Below, in pieces: positions 56,469 through 64,000 of a stretch of DNA of 64,000 bases (positions are counted from its first letter, which is position 1; each line of letters begins with the position of its first letter). The notes under the pieces are model-generated. The model was given only the letters and a program-made list of their open reading frames with translations, ran no database searches and had not been told where the DNA came from. Source of the DNA: Puia sp. (GTDB taxonomy: Bacteria > Bacteroidota > Bacteroidia > Chitinophagales > Chitinophagaceae); assembly GCF_036500295.1 (NCBI RefSeq), contig NZ_DASYCH010000075.1, forward strand, positions 3,458 through 67,457. Reading direction: 5' to 3'. The position numbers were made by a program, and so were the translations under genes.

Positions 56469-56555
56469 GTACGAGGGTATGGGTTTCTCCGAAATTTGAC
56501 CCATCCCCTCGAACCTCTTATGATGGGCCTTCGGCCGTCGGACCCGTAGTCCGCC
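56469..56555 (-). repeat. Three-hairpin intergenic element, copy C (rpsQ-rplN)
   Basis: GGCGGACTACGGGTCCGAC, GGCCGAAGGCC, CATCATAAG, GAGGGGATGGGT/ACCCATACCCTC hairpin. Confidence 0.88.
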
Positions 56556-56565
56556 TTGTTTATAA

Positions 56566-56823
56566 TTACTTGGCCTTTTCCACAACCTCAACCAGGCGCC
56601 AACGCTTCGTCTTGCTCAGCGGACGGCTCTCCATGATCCTCACGATATCTCCTACGGTACACTCATTCTTCTCATCATGAGCGTGGAAACTGGTAGTCTT
56701 CTTTACGAACTTACCATAGATCGGGTGCTTCACTTTCCGTTCAACAGCCACCGTGATGGACTTATCCATCTTGTTGCTCTTTACCACCCCGATCCTCGTT
56801 TTGCGCAAATTTCTTTCAACCAT
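56566..56823 (-). CDS. rpsQ: 30S ribosomal protein S17
   Basis: [27 protein letters not shown]. Confidence 0.98.
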   Translation of the reverse strand: MVERNLRKTRIGVVKSNKMDKSITVAVERKVKHPIYGKFVKKTTSFHAHDEKNECTVGDIVRIMESRPLSKTKRWRLVEVVEKAK

Positions 56824-56845
56824 TGTATTAGCTTTTTGCTTTTTT

Positions 56846-57055
56846 TTATTTAACAGCAGTCTTCTGGGCCAATGCCGTCTTCAGACGGGCAACATCCTTC
56901 CGCAAAGCGCGGATGCTCATCGGATTCTCCAGCGGAGAAATGGCATGCGCAAACTCAAGCTTCTTCAGGCGCAGCTCGTCTTCCTGGATACGGGCCTGCA
57001 GATCGTTCTCGTTGAGATCCTTCAGGCTGTTTACAAAATCGATTCTCTTTGACAT
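56846..57055 (-). CDS. rpmC: 50S ribosomal protein L29
   Basis: [19 protein letters not shown]; position between rplP and rpsQ. Confidence 0.96.
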   Translation of the reverse strand: MSKRIDFVNSLKDLNENDLQARIQEDELRLKKLEFAHAISPLENPMSIRALRKDVARLKTALAQKTAVK

Positions 57056-57079
57056 CGTATATCTGTTTTGCTATTATTA

Positions 57080-57517
57080 CTATTTTTTTACCACGACTTC
57101 CGCAACCACATCCCGGCGAACGATAAACTTCGTCTTGATCGGCAACTTCTGCGCAGCCAGCTCAAGCGCTTCCTTGGCAACCGCCATGGAAACACCATCC
57201 GCTTCAAACAGGATACGACCCGGCTCAACGACCGCAGCCCAATACTCGGGGTTACCCTTACCCTTACCCATACGCACTTCAAGCGGCTTCTTGGTGATCG
57301 GCTTGTCAGGGAAGACCCGGATCCAAACATTCCCCTCACGCTTCATCGCACGGGTAAGCGCCTGACGGGCAGCCTCCAGTTGACGATTGGTCAGCCAGAT
57401 AGCTTCCATGGCTTTCAAAGCATACGAACCAAAGGAAATAGTATCACCTCTCTTCGCCGTCTCACGGATACGACCTTTCTGTGCTTTCCTATGCTTGGTT
57501 CTTTTAGGTTGTAACAT
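57080..57517 (-). CDS. rplP: 50S ribosomal protein L16
   Basis: [30 protein letters not shown]. Confidence 0.98.
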   Translation of the reverse strand: MLQPKRTKHRKAQKGRIRETAKRGDTISFGSYALKAMEAIWLTNRQLEAARQALTRAMKREGNVWIRVFPDKPITKKPLEVRMGKGKGNPEYWAAVVEPGRILFEADGVSMAVAKEALELAAQKLPIKTKFIVRRDVVAEVVVKK

Positions 57518-57568
57518 CTTAGAATTATTTGCTGGTTACTATTAGTTATTATTTGAATCAACCGCGGA

Positions 57569-58429
57569 CTATCTCCGTCCACCGCCGCCGCCGCCGCGAC
57601 GATCTCCACCGCCGCCACCAGGCCTGCGGTCACCGCCGCCGCCGCCATGACCACCACGACGATCTCCACCCCGGTCTCCACCGCCACGACGATCGCCGCC
57701 GCCACGATGTCCATGATCATGATCACCATCCCTTCTGTCCCGGCGATCGCTCAGCCCACCTTCCTTACCACCGACAAAATTCGGGTTCAGGTCTCTCTTC
57801 GCCAGCACCTCACCCTTACAGATCCACACCTTGATACCGATCTTACCATAGACCGTCAGCGCAAACACATTCGCATAGTCGATATCCATCCGCAACGTGT
57901 GCAGCGGGGTCCGGCCCTGCTTGATCTCTTCCGTACGGGCGATCTCGGCGCCGCCCAGACGGCCGCTAACCTTGATCTTGATCCCCTCGGCACCCATCCG
58001 CAACGCAGAGGCGATCGCCATCTTGATCGCACGTTTATAGTTGATACGATTCTCTATCTGCCGGGCAATGGTATCCCCAACGATGTTCGCATCCAGCTCG
58101 GGCCGGCGGATCTCCAGGATATTGATCTGGACATCATCCTTGCCGGTCAGCTTCTTCAGCTCTTCCTTGATACGGTCCACCTCACCACCACCTTTCCCGA
58201 TGATGATGCCGGGCTTCGAAGTGTGGATCGTCACGATCAGCTTGTTCAGCGTCCGCTCGATCACGATCTTCGCAATCCCGCCCTTATTGATACGGGCATT
58301 CAGGTAGGTTCTGATCTTGTTGTCCTCGATCAACTTGGAAGCATAATCTTTTTTGCTGCCATACCAGTTGGATTCCCAACCGCGGATGATCCCTAACCTG
58401 GCCCCAATAGGATTCGTTTTCTGACCCAT
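57569..58429 (-). CDS. rpsC: 30S ribosomal protein S3 with long Gly/Arg-rich C-terminal tail
   Basis: [33 protein letters not shown], then GDRRGGG repeats. Confidence 0.98.
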   Translation of the reverse strand: MGQKTNPIGARLGIIRGWESNWYGSKKDYASKLIEDNKIRTYLNARINKGGIAKIVIERTLNKLIVTIHTSKPGIIIGKGGGEVDRIKEELKKLTGKDDVQINILEIRRPELDANIVGDTIARQIENRINYKRAIKMAIASALRMGAEGIKIKVSGRLGGAEIARTEEIKQGRTPLHTLRMDIDYANVFALTVYGKIGIKVWICKGEVLAKRDLNPNFVGGKEGGLSDRRDRRDGDHDHGHRGGGDRRGGGDRGGDRRGGHGGGGGDRRPGGGGGDRRGGGGGGRR

Positions 58430-58455
58430 AGTATATTAAATAAGTTTTATATTAA

Positions 58456-58854
58456 TTAGTTTTCCGCAGGCTGATTTTTGACCTTCGGTCGAACCGCCTT
58501 CGCCGGTTCACTGACTTTCTGATCAACGATAATGGTTACATGGTTGCTTCTCTTGCGAACACGATAACCTCTGCCCTGAGGGGCCGGACGCATACGCTTC
58601 AAAGTCCTTCCACCATCAACAAAGACCGTCTTAACGACCAGCGCGGCATCGGCCGCACTCTGACCTTCATTCTTCTGCTCCCAGTTCTTCACCGCAGACC
58701 ACAACAGCTTATGCAGCGGAGTGGAAGAATGTTGCGGGTGGTGCTCCAGCAAAGCCAGAGCTTTCTCAACATGCATACCGCGGATCTCATCAGCCAGTAA
58801 ACGCATTTTACGCGGCGATGTCGGGTAATTTCTCAATTTAGCTACTGCTTCCAT
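58456..58854 (-). CDS. rplV: 50S ribosomal protein L22
   Basis: [29 protein letters not shown]; about 20-aa C-terminal extension. Confidence 0.98.
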   Translation of the reverse strand: MEAVAKLRNYPTSPRKMRLLADEIRGMHVEKALALLEHHPQHSSTPLHKLLWSAVKNWEQKNEGQSAADAALVVKTVFVDGGRTLKRMRPAPQGRGYRVRKRSNHVTIIVDQKVSEPAKAVRPKVKNQPAEN

Positions 58855-58868
58855 GTTAATTTTTTATT

Positions 58869-58954
58869 CGCGCTCCGGGCGTCAGGGTAAAATGTCGCCC
58901 TTCGCGCTCATTCCGTTTATGATTGGCCTTCGGCCGCCGGACCCGTGGTCCGTC
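58869..58954 (-). repeat. Three-hairpin intergenic element, copy D (rpsS-rplV)
   Basis: GACGGACC-ACG-GGTCCGGC, GGCCGAAGGCC, AATCATAAAC, diverged long hairpin (CGCG..GGGCG/CGCCC..CGCG). Confidence 0.85.
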
Positions 58955-58961
58955 TTATAGT

Positions 58962-59234
58962 TTAAGCGATCTTCTTGCTCGAATGTCCTTTAAAGTTGCG
59001 GGTGGGCGCAAACTCACCCAGCTTATGGCCTACCATAAACTCCGTCACATACACCGGGATGAACTTGTTACCGTTATGCACCGCCAGCGTATGCCCCACG
59101 AAATCGGGCGTAATGGTGGAACGACGGCTCCAGGTTTTGATCACCCCTTTCTTAGCTGTCCCTTCATTGATAGACAGGATCTTCTCTTCCAGGTTAGAGT
59201 CTACGTAAGGACCTTTTTTTATTGAACGACCCAT
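58962..59234 (-). CDS. rpsS: 30S ribosomal protein S19
   Basis: [32 protein letters not shown]. Confidence 0.98.
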   Translation of the reverse strand: MGRSIKKGPYVDSNLEEKILSINEGTAKKGVIKTWSRRSTITPDFVGHTLAVHNGNKFIPVYVTEFMVGHKLGEFAPTRNFKGHSSKKIA

Positions 59235-59245
59235 AGTTGATGATT

Positions 59246-59333
59246 GTGCTCCGGGTATGTGTTTATCCGAATAGTACCCATCCCCGTCGCACGTCTAATG
59301 ATGGGCCTTCGGCCAGCGGACCCGTGGTCCGCT
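59246..59333 (-). repeat. Three-hairpin intergenic element, copy E (rplB-rpsS)
   Basis: AGCGGACC-ACG-GGTCCGCT, GGCCGAAGGCC, CATCATTAGAC, GTGC..GGGGATGGGT/..ATACCC..GCAC hairpin. Confidence 0.9.
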
Positions 59334-59337
59334 TTGG

Positions 59338-60177
59338 TTATTTCGACAATTTTTTACCGTTCTTCCGTTGGATGATCATATGATCGCTGTTCTTGCCTTT
59401 CTGACGGGTCTTCAGACCACGGCTGTACTGAGCATTCCTGCTCCGGGGCTGACCACCGGATGCCTTACCTTCACCACCACCCATCGGGTGATCCACAGGG
59501 TTCATGGCAACACCACGCACCCGCGGACGGATACCCCGCCAGATATTTCGGCCGGCCTTACCCATGCTCTGCAGCGAGTGATCGCTGTTGGATACAACCC
59601 CTACAGTCGCATAACAGTTGATCAGCACCTTCCTCAATTCGCCGGAAGGCATCTTCAGGACGGCATATTTCTCTTCCTTATTGGTCAACTGAGCGGAAGT
59701 ACCGGCGCTGCGCACCAGCTTGCCACCCTGACCAGGCTGCATTTCTATATTGTGAACATTGGTACCGAGAGGCATACTCTTCAGTTGCAATGCATTGCCC
59801 AACTCGGGAACTACATTGTCGCCGGAAAGCACCGTGGCGCCAACCTGCAGACCCTGCGGAGCCAGGATATACCTTTTCTCACCATCCACATAATTCACCA
59901 GGGCAATAAAAGCCGTACGGTACGGATCGTATTCGATAGACGCGATCACCCCTTTGATCTCCTTCTTATTCCGCTTGAAATCGATGATCCGGTACATCCT
60001 CTTGTGACCACCACCCATATAACGCATCGCCCTTCTTCCCTGAGCGTTCCGTCCGGCCGTGGATTTTACTTTCTCCAGCAGCGACTTTTCCGGGGTATCC
60101 GAAGTGATCTCGGCATAGGCGTTCCCAACTCTCCAACGAGTTCCGGCGGTGATCGGTTTGTATTTTTTCAGTGCCAT
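59338..60177 (-). CDS. rplB: 50S ribosomal protein L2
   Basis: GGGHKRMYRIIDFKR, VRGVAMNPVDHPMGGGEG. Confidence 0.99.
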   Translation of the reverse strand: MALKKYKPITAGTRWRVGNAYAEITSDTPEKSLLEKVKSTAGRNAQGRRAMRYMGGGHKRMYRIIDFKRNKKEIKGVIASIEYDPYRTAFIALVNYVDGEKRYILAPQGLQVGATVLSGDNVVPELGNALQLKSMPLGTNVHNIEMQPGQGGKLVRSAGTSAQLTNKEEKYAVLKMPSGELRKVLINCYATVGVVSNSDHSLQSMGKAGRNIWRGIRPRVRGVAMNPVDHPMGGGEGKASGGQPRSRNAQYSRGLKTRQKGKNSDHMIIQRKNGKKLSK

Positions 60178-60237
60178 GTCTGTTCTCTTTTTATTGCGAA
60201 ATTATCAGCTTCGCTAACTATTAGTCAATGAATATGT

Positions 60238-60537
60238 TTAAATGCTGGCGTAAAGATCGATCGACTCCCCTTCCGCTACAGTGATCAACGCCTTCTTGTA
60301 GGCAGGCTTCCGGCCCTGTACATAACCGGCCTTCGTAAAGCGGGTCTTGTTCTTGCCCGGTACGACAGAGGTGTTCACATCCACCACCTTCACGCCGTAG
60401 AAGTCTTCCACAGCCTTCTTGATCTCTAACTTGTTCGCCTTGCGGTTGACACGGAAAGCATAGCGGCGCAGTTTGTCCTGCTGGGCATTTGCCTTTTCTG
60501 TCAGTATCGGTTTTACTAAAACTTCAGAGAGTTTCAT
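60238..60537 (-). CDS. rplW: 50S ribosomal protein L23
   Basis: KPILTEKA, KLEIKKAVE, YKKALIT. Confidence 0.98.
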   Translation of the reverse strand: MKLSEVLVKPILTEKANAQQDKLRRYAFRVNRKANKLEIKKAVEDFYGVKVVDVNTSVVPGKNKTRFTKAGYVQGRKPAYKKALITVAEGESIDLYASI

Positions 60538-60565
60538 CTCTTATAAATTTTTCTAATTAATGAAA

Positions 60566-61198
60566 TTAAGCTTCCTCACCGTCCGCGAAGATCTTCGCAG
60601 CACCTTCACTAAGTACCAGGACCTCCGCATTCACGATGTCGTAGGTATTGATATCCGTCAGCATCGTGCCCTCCACCTTCGGAAGGTTCCGCAGGCTCAG
60701 GTACAGGTTCTTATCATAATCGGCGGGAAGAATAAACAAAATTTTCTTGCCGTCGATATTCAATTTCTTCAGCGCATCGGTGAAGGATTTCGTCTTCGGC
60801 GCATCCAGCTTGATGTCCTCGACAACTACAATCGCATTTCCCTTCGCCTTGTGAGCCAGCGCAGAGATCTTTGCCAGGTCCTTCACTTTCCGGTTCAGCT
60901 TGAAATCATAATCCCGGGGCTTGGGGCCGAAGATGGTACCACCACCCTTGTACAACGGGTTACGCAGATTACCCTTACGGCTACCGCCCGTTCCCTTCTG
61001 ACGATGGAGCTTCTTGCTCGAACCCTTCACTTCCAAACGCGTCTTCACCTTGTGCGTACCCTGACGCTGTGCAGCCAGGTACTGCTTGACGGCCAGGTAG
61101 ATCACATGATCGTTCGGCTCGGCGCCAAAGATCTCCTCGGGCAATTCCACCGTCCGGCCAGTCTTCTTTCCTTCTATATTTAAAACATCTGCTTGCAT
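60566..61198 (-). CDS. rplD: 50S ribosomal protein L4
   Basis: QRQGTHKVKTR, RQKGTGGSRKG, GGGTIFGPKPR. Confidence 0.98.
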   Translation of the reverse strand: MQADVLNIEGKKTGRTVELPEEIFGAEPNDHVIYLAVKQYLAAQRQGTHKVKTRLEVKGSSKKLHRQKGTGGSRKGNLRNPLYKGGGTIFGPKPRDYDFKLNRKVKDLAKISALAHKAKGNAIVVVEDIKLDAPKTKSFTDALKKLNIDGKKILFILPADYDKNLYLSLRNLPKVEGTMLTDINTYDIVNAEVLVLSEGAAKIFADGEEA

Positions 61199-61218
61199 GG
61201 TAATGTCTTTAAAAGAAT

Positions 61219-61836
61219 TTACTTCTGAATGAATACAATAGAACCGATATGACCAGGAACCGAACCGCTAACAAGGATATAGTTCTTCTCAGGGAAGATC
61301 TTCACAACCTTCAGCGCCTTCACCTTAACACGGTCGCCGCCCATCCGGCCCGCCATGCGGACACCCTTCATAACACGGCTGGCGTCAGAGGAGTTACCAA
61401 GGGAACCCGGAGCACGCTGACGGTCATGCTGACCATGCGACTGCTCACCTACCCCATGGAATCCATGACGCTTGACGACACCCTGAAAACCTTTACCCTT
61501 CGATGTGCCCACTACTTCAACTTTCTCACCTTCGGTGAAAATGTCTACAGTAACGGACTCACCAAGAGCCTTTTCTATAGAGAAATTGCGAAATTCTTTT
61601 ACGAACTGTTTGGGAGAAGTGTTGGACTTGGCGAAGTGATTTTTTTGCGCGGCAGTAGTGTGCTTTTCTTTCTTTTCGCCAAACGCTAACTGGTGGGAAG
61701 TATAACCATCTGATTCCTGGGTCTTCACCTGCGTAACTACACAGGGACCCGCTTCGATGATCGTGACGGCTGTTTGTTTGCCGTCAGGACTGAAGACGCT
61801 GGTCATCCCGATCTTTTTACCAATAATGCCTTTCAT
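61219..61836 (-). CDS. rplC: 50S ribosomal protein L3
   Basis: MKGIIGKKIGMT, GKGFQGVVKRHGF, MAGRMGG; start at MKGII. Confidence 0.98.
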   Translation of the reverse strand: MKGIIGKKIGMTSVFSPDGKQTAVTIIEAGPCVVTQVKTQESDGYTSHQLAFGEKKEKHTTAAQKNHFAKSNTSPKQFVKEFRNFSIEKALGESVTVDIFTEGEKVEVVGTSKGKGFQGVVKRHGFHGVGEQSHGQHDRQRAPGSLGNSSDASRVMKGVRMAGRMGGDRVKVKALKVVKIFPEKNYILVSGSVPGHIGSIVFIQK

Positions 61837-62203
61837 TTTCTTAAAAATTTGTGCCGTCGGGTATGAGACAGAGCATAGACTTACTACATTGGCTCGTAGC
61901 ATCGATCTACATCTTCAATCCCTCGTTTGCAGCCGACCTTTTCTTTTCGTCACCCCTCGCGCATCTTGTATGCATCCCGGGCGAACAGAAGTACCGGCAG
62001 TAAACAAACCCTGAACGGCTTGTTCATATGTGATACCTACTCTCGTAGGTGATTTACCATAGTAACAATCCAGCGCTACTTTATCTCAGCTCCCGCCGAA
62101 AGTTTGTAGATGGATAGAAAGAGCTATTGCGAATCCCTCGCCACTTACCCCTCAGGGCCGTCAAAACCCCCGATAGGCCCCGCCTATCAGTGCAACGCAC
62201 AGG

Positions 62204-62509
62204 TCAGGCCTTGATCTCAACATCCACACCCGAAGGCAGATCCAACTTGGACAACGCATCCACCGTCCGCGAAGACGAAGTGTAAATGTCCAACAGGCGC
62301 TTGTGCGTATGCAGCTGAAACTGCTCACGGGCCTTCTTGTTTACGTGCGGCGAACGCAGTACGGTAAAGATCTTCTTACGGGTAGGTAAGGGAATAGGAC
62401 CCGTTACCACTGCACCGGTACTCCGAACGGTTTTCACGATCTTTTCAGCAGATTTATCTACCAAATTGTGATCGTAAGACTGTAATTTGATTCTGATTCG
62501 TTGAGACAT
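62204..62509 (-). CDS. rpsJ: 30S ribosomal protein S10
   Basis: [34 protein letters not shown]. Confidence 0.99.
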   Translation of the reverse strand: MSQRIRIKLQSYDHNLVDKSAEKIVKTVRSTGAVVTGPIPLPTRKKIFTVLRSPHVNKKAREQFQLHTHKRLLDIYTSSSRTVDALSKLDLPSGVDVEIKA

Positions 62510-62539
62510 AAGCCAAATCCCATTTTTTCGAATGGGATG

Positions 62540-62572
62540 CAAAGGTATGTATTTGTTTGCCTCACTCCCAAA
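62540..62572 (-). promoter_or_regulatory. S10 operon sigma-A promoter
   Basis: -33 TTTG (62569-62572), 21-nt spacer, -7 TACCTTTG (62540-62547); matches the Bacteroidota consensus. Confidence 0.8.
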
Positions 62573-62633
62573 AATTCGGGACTTTTTTTGGAAAAAACCC
62601 GGGCCCCGGCAGGAACAGCTCACTCCCCTAGCC

Positions 62634-64000
62634 CTACCTTCCCCCGGGTGGGCAGTTCCGCCTCAAAAACTCGGTATACGTCGCCGCAAGATGCTCCCGC
62701 GTCCCATCCCCCTCGAAGATCCCATGACTCCGGTTCGGATATGCCATAAACTGAAATACCTTCCCCGCCGCGATAAGGGCATTCAACAACTGCTCGGCAT
62801 TTTGATAGTGTACATTGTCATCACCAGTTCCATGAATGTATAAGAGCTTGCCTCTCAAATTCTTAGCGTAGGTGATCGGCGATCCGGCCACAAAATCCTC
62901 CCTGTTCTCCTCCGGTAACCCCATATACCGCTCCTGGTAAATATTGTCGTAGCTCAGCTGGTTTCCCACCGCGGCCACCGCGATGCCCGTCTTGTAGATC
63001 TCCGGATACTGGAACAACAGGTTCAGCGTACTCGATCCACCCCCACTCCAACCCCAGACCGCCACCCGGCTGCTATCCACGAACGGCCACTTCAGTATCT
63101 CCTTCGCCGCCATCGCCTGATCCCGGATATTGAGCCGGCCGATCTGCCGGTAAATGGACTTCCGCCATGCCCGGCCCTTCGGAGCCGGCGTACCCCTGTT
63201 GTCAAGACTCACGTAGATGTACCCATCCTTCGCCATATCCCCCGTATACAGGGGATTGGCCCCGATACCCGCCTGGTCCAGCACAGTCTGCGCGGCCGGC
63301 TCGCCGTATACGTAGAATACCACAGGATATTTCTTGGTAGCATCAAAGGGCGAAGGCCTTACCATCCAGCCGTCCATGTCCACCCCATCGGCGGTGCGAA
63401 CGCCAAAGAATAGTACCTCCTTCCCCGTCCCGGCCCCAACACCGCCACCCGGCGCGGCGGCCTCCTTTCCGCCCCCAACGCCCGCAACGGCGCGCGCAAG
63501 CGAAGCATGCCCCGGCAGTCCCACCATCTCCTGCCGCTCTTCCACATTCGCGCTGCTATAGGTATGGAGCGCAAACCGCCCATCGGGCGAAATATCGTAC
63601 TCGTGCATTCCCTTCTCATTTGCCGGCGTCAGCCGCTCCGGCCCGCCCTTTCCATCCAGCCGCGTCCGGTACAGGTATTTTTGCGTCGCATTCTGCGGAC
63701 TCGCCATGAAATACAACCAGCCGCCCTTCTCATCCACCCGGCTAACCCCCATCACATCGTAACTCCCACGGGTGACCAGGGTTTCCCGCTTCCCGTCCCG
63801 GCTCACCCGGTAAACATGACGCCAGCCATCCTTGTCCGATACCCAGAGGAACTCCCTGCCCCCGCCAAGCCAGTCCCAGCCCGCGATCACCCCGTCCTGC
63901 CAGACATCCTTGCAGTCGATAAAAGCGCTGTCCCTTTCGTCATAGATCTCCGTCGTCCGCCCCGTCGACACATCGCTGATCAGCAGCTTGCTCTCGTTTT
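62634..64000 (-). CDS. S9B family dipeptidyl peptidase IV-like serine peptidase (3' part; start outside window)
   Basis: GWSGGG nucleophile, [17 protein letters not shown]; the frame stays open to the window edge. Confidence 0.92.
   Translation of the reverse strand, partial: NESKLLISDVSTGRTTEIYDERDSAFIDCKDVWQDGVIAGWDWLGGGREFLWVSDKDGWRHVYRVSRDGKRETLVTRGSYDVMGVSRVDEKGGWLYFMASPQNATQKYLYRTRLDGKGGPERLTPANEKGMHEYDISPDGRFALHTYSSANVEERQEMVGLPGHASLARAVAGVGGGKEAAAPGGGVGAGTGKEVLFFGVRTADGVDMDGWMVRPSPFDATKKYPVVFYVYGEPAAQTVLDQAGIGANPLYTGDMAKDGYIYVSLDNRGTPAPKGRAWRKSIYRQIGRLNIRDQAMAAKEILKWPFVDSSRVAVWGWSGGGSSTLNLLFQYPEIYKTGIAVAAVGNQLSYDNIYQERYMGLPEENREDFVAGSPITYAKNLRGKLLYIHGTGDDNVHYQNAEQLLNALIAAGKVFQFMAYPNRSHGIFEGDGTREHLAATYTEFLRRNCPPGGR

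Noticed and set aside
55035-59333. Repeated elements as a CRISPR array
   Set aside because: Copies are separated by whole genes, are about 87 nt and variable, and no cas genes are present.
61837-62203. Spacer as tmRNA or RNase P RNA (similar length)
   Set aside because: No GGGG..CCACCA tRNA-like ends and no GAGGAAAGTCC P4 motif on either strand; the AACAGAAGTACCGGC resemblance to the RNase P 3' motif is imperfect and has no partner.
61837-62623. Longer ORF-track starts for rpsJ and rplC (also rpsA, map, MFS, PAP2, PRODH, aminoacylase)
   Set aside because: The extensions are non-homologous and run through promoter elements or spacers; downstream ATGs match the family N-termini.
63420-63510. 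Gly/Ala-rich insert in the S9 peptidase (and the AAAAAG insert in the sulfatase)
   Set aside because: In-frame low-complexity linkers with no similarity to the three-hairpin element and no sign of mobile DNA.

Overview
Bacteroidota chromosome segment, GC-rich and probably Chitinophagaceae-like (inferred from SusC/SusD, TAnnTTTG promoters and A-rich Shine-Dalgarno-less start regions). (1) 1-23.8 kb is a glycoside-utilisation region with no recognisable glycoside hydrolase. It holds a partial ECF sigma factor, a double-propeller VCBS/ASPIC-UnbV lipoprotein, a SusC/SusD pair and a haem c-FG-GAP lipoprotein. It also holds a complete-looking oxidative 3-ketoglycoside gene set: two GMC flavoproteins, a Tat small subunit, two TIM-barrel isomerase-family proteins, two Gfo/Idh/MocA enzymes, cytochrome c, ThuA and an MFS transporter, with LacI-like operators. 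(2) 23.9-46 kb is mixed housekeeping and unknown genes, tRNA-Val(GAC) and a TonB receptor/2xDUF4249/MG2-plug operon. (3) 46-62.5 kb is rpsA, a flavoprotein, map, secY and the full S10-spc ribosomal protein block, detached from the str and alpha clusters; a partial S9 peptidase ends the window. The most striking unexplained signal is a dispersed ~87-nt three-hairpin element with compensatory base changes. It occurs in six full copies, five in the ribosomal operon and one in the GMC operon. All lie in the transcript orientation and all end 10-16 nt before a start codon. A partial copy is embedded in the L22 C-terminal coding tail. No rRNA, CRISPR array, integrase or transposase was seen.
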